Shown: positions 58,079 through 64,000 of the stretch, one piece after another
Layout of the letters: the number at the start of each line of letters is the position of its first letter
Numbering within the stretch: the first letter of the stretch is position 1
Assembly (NCBI GenBank): GCA_965199715.1
Contig: OZ241322.1
Location: 1,184,001 to 1,248,000 of the forward strand
Length of the DNA stretch: 64,000 bases
Direction: 5' to 3'
Source of the DNA: Vicinamibacteria bacterium
GTDB lineage: Bacteria; Acidobacteriota; Vicinamibacteria; Marinacidobacterales; Marinacidobacteraceae
The notes under the pieces: generated by a model
What the model saw: the letters and a program-made list of their open reading frames with translations, nothing else
What the model was told of the DNA's origin: nothing
The model's database searches: none
Translations under genes and position numbers: made by a program

Positions 58079-58450
58079 ATGGCGCTGTGGAAGATCCAAG
58101 CCAAGGACTTCATGGGCGTGCCCGGGAAGTGCGTGAACGCGGTACGGCGGGGCAACGCGGTGGCGATACTGGAGGGGAACCGTGAGATCGCCCGTATCCT
58201 CGCCGAGGACTCCAACGGAGTCGACGACCACGTCGTGAGCTCGTGGAGCGGGCGCCGTCCGCAACCGGGAAGGCCGCCCGTGGCGCGTCTGCGCGGCCCG
58301 CACACGAGCCTCGATTTCGTCAGGTGGAGCCGCGGTCACTACGTCCCGGGAATTTCGGACGAACCCGAGAACGGAGAGGCGGCCGCGGAACGGCCGACGG
58401 GCACTTCCGATTCGGACCCGCCGACTGCGATCGCGGAGCGCAACGGATGA
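58079..58450 (+). CDS. Antitoxin copy F, Phd/YefM-like (type-2-like head, beta tail)
   Basis: MALWKIQAKDFMGVPGKCVNAVRRG....EIARI, WSGRR, RLRGPHTSLDFVRWSR; ATGA overlap with the toxin remnant. Confidence 0.75.
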   Translation: MALWKIQAKDFMGVPGKCVNAVRRGNAVAILEGNREIARILAEDSNGVDDHVVSSWSGRRPQPGRPPVARLRGPHTSLDFVRWSRGHYVPGISDEPENGEAAAERPTGTSDSDPPTAIAERNG

Positions 58451-58476
58451 ACCGCCTGTATCTGGACACCAGCGCC
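58447..58476 (+). pseudogene. Truncated VapC N-terminus
   Basis: MNRLYLDTSA is a PIN first-strand motif coupled to the copy F stop; homology ends abruptly. Confidence 0.7.
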
Positions 58477-58535
58477 GCACTCAACCCGAGCAACCGTGGG
58501 GCGTCTCGGATCCGCACCCGCGTTCGGAACCACTC

Positions 58536-59330
58536 TCATCCGCGCAAGTGGTCCAACCATGGAACCTCAGCCGGGCCATACGCCACGAACCGGCCCTGAG
58601 CCCCCATATGCCGCTGGTTGAACGGCAGATCCTCGCCAGTACCGATCTCGAGGACCCGTCCGCCCGCTGCCTCAAGCACCGCGGTTCCGGCGGCGGTGTC
58701 CCATTCGCTCAGCACTGCGAAGCCGGGATAAACGTCCACCGCGCCCTCGGCAACGAGGCAGAGCCGGAACGAACTGCTGAGACGCGAGGTCAAACATCGA
58801 CGACCGGTCCTCTTGAGCGACCGGAGGAATCGCAGCCGGCGATGTTCGTCGTCGTGCCAAGGGCTCACGATCCGCACGACGCCGTCCGTAGTGGAGCGAA
58901 CGCGGATCCGCCGGGGCTCGCCCCCGTGGGCATTCCGGTAGATGGCTCCCGACGGTGCGGCGGCGTAGTACGTGTGCCCGCGGACGGGGTGATGGACTAC
59001 CCCCAGTACCGGCCTTGAGTCCCGGATCAACGCGATGTTGACCGTGAAATCCTCGAATCCGCCCTTGAAGCTCCCGGTGCTGTCGATCGGATCGATCAGC
59101 CAGAAATGATCCCAGCCTTGCCGCACCCGGAAATCCGGCATGGCTCCCTCCTCGGACACGACCGGCAGCCTCGGCTCCAGCCGCTCCAACCCGTGGACGA
59201 GCACTTCGTGCGCCGTCCTGTCCGCCCGGTCGCCGTCGTTCTTCTGGCCCCGCGTCCAGAAATTGAGCACCTCCGCCCCGGCCTCCTCGGCGATGCGGGC
59301 GGCGTCAAGCGCGAGCGGCGACAGATCCAT
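58536..59330 (-). CDS. cysQ: 3'(2'),5'-bisphosphate nucleotidase (inositol monophosphatase family), divergent
   Basis: VVSEEG, FWLIDPIDST, FTVNIALI....PVLGVV, CLVAEG, EWDTAAG. Confidence 0.85.
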   Translation of the reverse strand: MDLSPLALDAARIAEEAGAEVLNFWTRGQKNDGDRADRTAHEVLVHGLERLEPRLPVVSEEGAMPDFRVRQGWDHFWLIDPIDSTGSFKGGFEDFTVNIALIRDSRPVLGVVHHPVRGHTYYAAAPSGAIYRNAHGGEPRRIRVRSTTDGVVRIVSPWHDDEHRRLRFLRSLKRTGRRCLTSRLSSSFRLCLVAEGAVDVYPGFAVLSEWDTAAGTAVLEAAGGRVLEIGTGEDLPFNQRHMGAQGRFVAYGPAEVPWLDHLRG

Positions 59331-61885
59331 CAGAAGGTCGGGCCGAAGAGTACGGCGTTCATGAACATCCGAGTCAGTCCGTCCCAGAACAGCCGGAAGT
59401 TCGGATCATCGAGGAAGAGCGCGACCCGTCCCGCGCCGACCCTCTCGGTCACGAGCCACGGCGTTCCCGCGAGCCGCTCCAGCGAATCCGGGAACGCGAA
59501 CCCGCTGCCGAGCAGCCGGTCGGGATCGCTCGGGAATCGCGCCGCCGCCGCGACCCGGGGATCGGGCTCGAACGCGAGGCTCGACCAGACCATCACCGGG
59601 AACGGCTCCTCGTAGCCGAAGCTGAGGAAGCTCTCCGGGTTCGGGATCGCCCGCAGGATCGCGCCGGGAACGACCTCGGCGGCCACCTCCGCTGCCGGAG
59701 CCGGATCGTCGGGGCGGCCGCCGTCGGTCATGAACGCCGACTTGGACTGGAAGCCGGCCTTCAGGCTCGTGCGCGTCCAGTCCGCTCCGGCGAGCCACGC
59801 CGACGCGCCACGCATCGCGATGAGCACGCCGCCCCGCTCGGTCCACTCCTGAAGATGCGCGAGCGTCTCCCGGGCTTCGGGGAAGCTCCCGTCGGGCAGG
59901 ATGAGCACGCCGTAGTCACGGAGATCGGTCGCGGCGATGCGGTCCCAATGCAGCGCGGTGAACGGGAGCCCGAACCGGCGCTCGAACAGGTACCACGGGC
60001 TCCCGTAGGCGGACGGGCGCACCGGCCCTCCCATGACCATCGCGACCCGGCCGGCGGCGACCTGAAGGAACTGGTCCGAACCGAGGTGCGGCCCCGAGTC
60101 CGTCAACGGGCCGTCCACGCCGAGGACCCGAGCGGGCAGTTCGCGCAGCATCTCCCGCGCCCCGTCCCCGAAGACCAAGAGCGAGCCCCGGGCGAACCGC
60201 TCGCCGCCGACCTCGAAGGGCGCGGTCGCCACCCGGAACGGAACCTCGGCTTCACGGAGCCGCACCGCCGCGTCGATCACATGGTCGGAATCCCCGGCGA
60301 CCACGAACGCGTAGCTCCCGTCGGTGAATGCGCCCGAACGCGACGTGAAGTCGTCGCCCGGCGGAACCGGACCGGCGAGCGACCACGCCTCCAACCGGTA
60401 CGTGAGGGGGATCGACCAACCGGTGACGTCGTAGAAGGCGTCGGCGCTGGTCCAGATGTCCGGGTGCCCGAACGCAGGGTCGGCGCGCCGTTCCCGGTGC
60501 TCCTCCACGTAGTCGAGAAACTCCTCGCTGAACCGGGCGTCCTCCTCCACGAGCACCCGCAGCAGCCTGCCCTCCGGCTGCGCTGCGTCCAGCACGAGGC
60601 TCCCCGCCGGCAGCAGGACCTCCCCCGACCCCTCCCCCGGAAAGAGAGCCTGCGCTCCTTCCACCATGACCGGCTCCCGCGTGCGGCGGACCTCGATGCC
60701 GGCGCGGAGCAGCACTTCCGCCGCCCGGTCGAGACGCGCCGGATCGGAAGCGCCGGAGATCGCCCAGCCGGTGATCCCCTGCGGCTCGAGCGCGTCCCGG
60801 CGGTAGGCGAGGAAATCGCGCAACCGGCGCTCCCGGTTCTCGGCGGTGAGCCGGAGCACGCTGCGCCCGGCGACGAGGTGCTGCTCGATCCCGTCACGAA
60901 GCGTGTACTCGCCGCCGCCGGGCCGGGCCAGCCGCAGGCCGCGCCAGCCGCCGCCGGTGGTCTCGAGGGTGAAACCGATCGCCCCGGTGAAGTTCGGCAG
61001 AGTGTCCCAGTAGCCGGGGTCGAACTGCCCGAACTCCCACGGCGCGTAGGGGTAGCCGGCCTCCGCGAACTCCCGCGCCATCGCTTGGCCGTACTCAACG
61101 AGCCAGTCGCGCTGGTTCGGCGTGAGCACCGAGTGGAGCGGCTCGGCCATCCACGGCCCGATGAACGAGTCGGTCTCGCCGTGATGATCCACGAACACCA
61201 TGGGCCGCGCTTCCCGGTAGAGCCGCGACAGCGCCTCGTTCTCGGGCTGGGTGCTCCAGACCGAGTCGCGGTTGAGGTTGATCTGGTAATGATTGTTGTT
61301 CGTCGCGAGCCCCCACGGGGCGCGGTGCTCGACCGCGTTCGGGTCGGGGTCGCCGTCGGGCCAGCGGGCGGTCGCCTTGAACCACGCGGCGAAGCGCTCG
61401 TGGCTGTCGGGATTCGAGGCCGGCACGACGTACACGATGAGGTCTTCCAGCAGCGCGTCGTGCCGACCGGTGAGCAGCTCCCACGCCATCCAGAGCGCCG
61501 CCTCGAACGCCGCCGACTCGTTCCCGTCGTTGCCGTAGTTGAGGAAGACCCCCGCCGGAGTGCGGGCGAGGATCGCTTCCTCATCCTCAAGGCCCCTCGG
61601 GTCGGCGAGCCGCCGCGCATCCTGCTGGATCGCGTCCAGCCGGGCGAGGTTCTCCGGCGAGCTGATGGTCAGCAGAATGAGTTCCCGGTGCTCGAACGTC
61701 TCCCCGAAGCTCGTGATCCGGAGCCTCGGCGAATGCCGGATCGCGTCCAGATAGCGGTAGAGGCCCCCGTAGTCCGTGACCGTCGCGCCCATCGGATACC
61801 CGAGGACATCCTCGGGAGAGGGAACCTCGGCGGCCGCCAGCGAACCGGACAGGATGGCGGCGGGAACGAGGAAGCGGACGCGCAC
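59330..61885 (-). CDS. Secreted M14-like zinc carboxypeptidase family protein
   Basis: GET.E.R, DGNE, NPD..ER, NHY.INLNRD, FYDVTGWS.PL, DDPNFR.FW; start uncertain (61885-61912). Confidence 0.82.
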   Translation of the reverse strand: MRVRFLVPAAILSGSLAAAEVPSPEDVLGYPMGATVTDYGGLYRYLDAIRHSPRLRITSFGETFEHRELILLTISSPENLARLDAIQQDARRLADPRGLEDEEAILARTPAGVFLNYGNDGNESAAFEAALWMAWELLTGRHDALLEDLIVYVVPASNPDSHERFAAWFKATARWPDGDPDPNAVEHRAPWGLATNNNHYQINLNRDSVWSTQPENEALSRLYREARPMVFVDHHGETDSFIGPWMAEPLHSVLTPNQRDWLVEYGQAMAREFAEAGYPYAPWEFGQFDPGYWDTLPNFTGAIGFTLETTGGGWRGLRLARPGGGEYTLRDGIEQHLVAGRSVLRLTAENRERRLRDFLAYRRDALEPQGITGWAISGASDPARLDRAAEVLLRAGIEVRRTREPVMVEGAQALFPGEGSGEVLLPAGSLVLDAAQPEGRLLRVLVEEDARFSEEFLDYVEEHRERRADPAFGHPDIWTSADAFYDVTGWSIPLTYRLEAWSLAGPVPPGDDFTSRSGAFTDGSYAFVVAGDSDHVIDAAVRLREAEVPFRVATAPFEVGGERFARGSLLVFGDGAREMLRELPARVLGVDGPLTDSGPHLGSDQFLQVAAGRVAMVMGGPVRPSAYGSPWYLFERRFGLPFTALHWDRIAATDLRDYGVLILPDGSFPEARETLAHLQEWTERGGVLIAMRGASAWLAGADWTRTSLKAGFQSKSAFMTDGGRPDDPAPAAEVAAEVVPGAILRAIPNPESFLSFGYEEPFPVMVWSSLAFEPDPRVAAAARFPSDPDRLLGSGFAFPDSLERLAGTPWLVTERVGAGRVALFLDDPNFRLFWDGLTRMFMNAVLFGPTF

Positions 61886-61930
61886 CGGAAACGCATATAG
61901 TCGCACGCTCACAAATTGAGGAGCGCAGCG

Positions 61931-63274
61931 ATGTCACACCCGACTTGGTTCAATCGCAGGGCCTTCCTGAGGGGGGCCGCCGCCGTCGCCGGAACCGCCG
62001 CGGCGGGGGCTTCGGGCCTCGGACGCGCCGTCGCCGCCCCGGCGCAGAACGGGTTCGACTTCGACACGCCATACGACCGCATTGACACCGACTGCTCCAA
62101 ATGGGACAGCATCAGGGAGCGGTACGGGGCCGAGAACATCCAAGTCGCGATGGGAGTCGCGGACATGGACTTCAAGTGCGCCCCGGCGATCACGGAGGCG
62201 CTCGCCGACCGGGTGCGGCACGAGAACTGGGGCTACCTCCACATGCCGAAGGACTTCTTCCCGGCGATCGTGGACTGGAACAAGACCCGGCACGGCCTTG
62301 ACGTCAACCCGGACCTCATGGCGCTCTCGGACGGGGTGCATCCGGCGCTGATCGCCGCGCTGAAGGCGCTCGCCCGCCCGGGCAGCCGGGTGCTTCTGAC
62401 CACCTCCACCTACAGCGGCTTCTACACCGACCTTCGCGAGTCCGACACGCTCGCCGCGGAGAGCCCGTTCATCGTGGAGAACGGGGTCCACCGCTTCGAC
62501 TGGGACGACCTCGAGTCCCGCATCTCGCACGACACCGACGCGCTGATCCTGTGCAATCCGCAGAACCCCACCGGGAACTGCTGGTCGCAGGAGGACCTGA
62601 TGCGGCTCGGGCAGATGTGCCTCGAGCGGCGGGTGGTCGTGCTCGCCGACGAGATCCACTGCGACTTCGTGACCAAGGGCAACAAGTACACGCCGTTCGC
62701 CACGCTGCCGGACAAGGCGGTGGTGGACAACAGCGTGACGTTCCAGTCGGGCAGCAAGACGTTCAGCCTCGCCGCGATGAAGGTCGCGTGGTACCACACG
62801 ACGAACCCCGAGTTCTTCGAGAAGATCGACAAGCACCACATGGCGCAGACGAACACGCTCGGCGTGGTGGCGCACCACGCCGCGCTCCGGGGCGGGGCCG
62901 AGTGGCTCGACCAGTTGCTCGTCTATCTGGACGGCAACCACGACTTCGCGCAGCAGTACTTCCGCGAGAACATCCCGCAGATCAAGAGCGTCAAGGCCGA
63001 GGGCACGTACCTCGCGTGGCTCGACATCACGGAGATCGCCGAGCGCATCGGAGCGGCGGAGAAGGCGAAGGCGGCCAGCGAGACCGAGGAGAACGCGGTG
63101 AGCCCGGAGACCATCGTCGTGCGCTGGCTCGTCGAGAACGCCGGGGTCTATACGAACCCCGGCTCCAGCTACGGGCCGGGCGGCGAGAACCACATCCGGA
63201 TGAACCTCGGCACCTCGCGGGGTCTCATCAAGCTGGCGCTCGACAACATCGCGGGGGCCGTCAGCACCCTGTAG
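61931..63274 (+). CDS. MalY/PatB-type PLP-dependent C-S lyase or aminotransferase with a Tat signal
   Basis: NRRAFLRG leader; MGVADMDF, LCNPQNPTG, ADEIHCD, SGSKTF, EGTYLAWLD, RMNLG. Confidence 0.9.
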   Translation: MSHPTWFNRRAFLRGAAAVAGTAAAGASGLGRAVAAPAQNGFDFDTPYDRIDTDCSKWDSIRERYGAENIQVAMGVADMDFKCAPAITEALADRVRHENWGYLHMPKDFFPAIVDWNKTRHGLDVNPDLMALSDGVHPALIAALKALARPGSRVLLTTSTYSGFYTDLRESDTLAAESPFIVENGVHRFDWDDLESRISHDTDALILCNPQNPTGNCWSQEDLMRLGQMCLERRVVVLADEIHCDFVTKGNKYTPFATLPDKAVVDNSVTFQSGSKTFSLAAMKVAWYHTTNPEFFEKIDKHHMAQTNTLGVVAHHAALRGGAEWLDQLLVYLDGNHDFAQQYFRENIPQIKSVKAEGTYLAWLDITEIAERIGAAEKAKAASETEENAVSPETIVVRWLVENAGVYTNPGSSYGPGGENHIRMNLGTSRGLIKLALDNIAGAVSTL

Positions 63275-63282
63275 GAGCCGCC

Positions 63283-63558
63283 ATGCGCCGCCGCGACTTC
63301 GCCGCGTTGGCCGCCGCCACGACGGCGGGAGCGCTCTGGCAGCAGGCGTGCGCCGACGTGGAGGAGACCGGTGAGGTCTCGGCGGACACTACCCGCACCC
63401 TGCTGGACCATCAGGGGCCACGCGGGATCTATGCGGATCCGGCGGAGCTGGAGCGGCTGCGGCGGGCATTGACCAACATGGTGGGAGTCCAGCGGACGCT
63501 CCGGGAGTTTCCGCTGGACCCCGACGAGCAACCCATCACGGTGTTCCGGCGCGGATGA
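63283..63558 (+). CDS. Small twin-arginine protein upstream of the amidase
   Basis: MRRRDF leader, AGGAG RBS, C-terminal LREFPLDPDEQPITVF; stop overlaps the amidase start. Confidence 0.7.
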   Translation: MRRRDFAALAAATTAGALWQQACADVEETGEVSADTTRTLLDHQGPRGIYADPAELERLRRALTNMVGVQRTLREFPLDPDEQPITVFRRG

Positions 63559-64000
63559 TGGACGAGTCCACGTTCTTCCTCACCGTCGCCGAGCTGGCGG
63601 CGGGGCTTCGGGACGGCGCGTTCACCTCGGTCGAACTCACCGGTGCGTACCTCGACCGGGCGGAGGAGCTGGACGTTCCTCCCTTCGAGCTGCCGAGCGA
63701 GCCCCGGGAAGACCACGGCGGCAAGCTGGCGACCATGGTCACGATCGCCCGGGACCACGCGATGGAAGCCGCCGAGCGCGCCGACCGGGAGCGGGCGGCG
63801 GGGAACGTCCGGAGCGTCCTTCACGGAATCCCCTACGGCGTGAAGGACCTGCTCGACACGCGCGGCGTCCGCACGACGTGGGGTTCGGGGATCTTCCGCG
63901 ACCGGGTTCCCGACCGCAACGCCGCGGTCATCGACCGCCTCGAGGAAGCGGGCGCGGTGATGATGGCCAAGAACTCGCTCGGCGAGTTCGCCGGCGGGAA
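63555..64000 (+). CDS. Amidase-signature family protein (3' end lies outside the window)
   Basis: Own translation: FLTVAELAAGLR..FTSVELT..YL...LHGIPYGVKDLLDT.GVRTTWGS...RLEEAGAV. Confidence 0.9.
   Translation, partial: MMDESTFFLTVAELAAGLRDGAFTSVELTGAYLDRAEELDVPPFELPSEPREDHGGKLATMVTIARDHAMEAAERADRERAAGNVRSVLHGIPYGVKDLLDTRGVRTTWGSGIFRDRVPDRNAAVIDRLEEAGAVMMAKNSLGEFAGG

Noticed and set aside
56234-58476. Repeats as a CRISPR array or a DGR template/variable repeat pair
   Set aside because: The repeats are long, coding and irregularly spaced; differences are mostly synonymous and not adenine-specific; no cas or reverse transcriptase gene is present in the window
63283-64000. Calling these genes gatC and gatA
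   Set aside because: The small ORF has a Tat-like leader and no clear GatC motif; the amidase is partial and far from gatB, so it was left as a generic amidase

Overview
A very GC-rich, densely coding bacterial chromosomal segment. An ADOP-type duplicated ABC permease, futalosine-pathway MqnD and many exported hydrolases suggest an Acidobacteriota- or Gemmatimonadota-like host (inference). Most of it is housekeeping and envelope or metabolic genes: acnA, coaX, mqnD, gatB, accD-folC-proS, apt, trmB, dapF, a selD fusion, cysQ, TRAP and ABC transporters, PQQ dehydrogenases and serine hydrolases. I saw no rRNA, tRNA, CRISPR array, integrase or transposase. Four features stand out. (1) A toxin-antitoxin array at 56234-58476 has five Phd/YefM-like antitoxin genes built from interchangeable N-terminal heads and C-terminal tails, around one intact and one truncated VapC; two different antitoxins with the same tail precede the intact toxin. 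(2) A second VapC locus at 46588-47651 has an antitoxin that appears to carry two DNA-binding domains, plus an orphan duplicate tail upstream. (3) Two decaying genes show a strong A:T->G:C erosion signature (Tyr->Cys/His/Arg, Leu->Pro). (4) -10 hexamers sit 6-9 nt before many start codons, suggesting leaderless transcription. All product calls come from motif recognition by eye, not from database searches.
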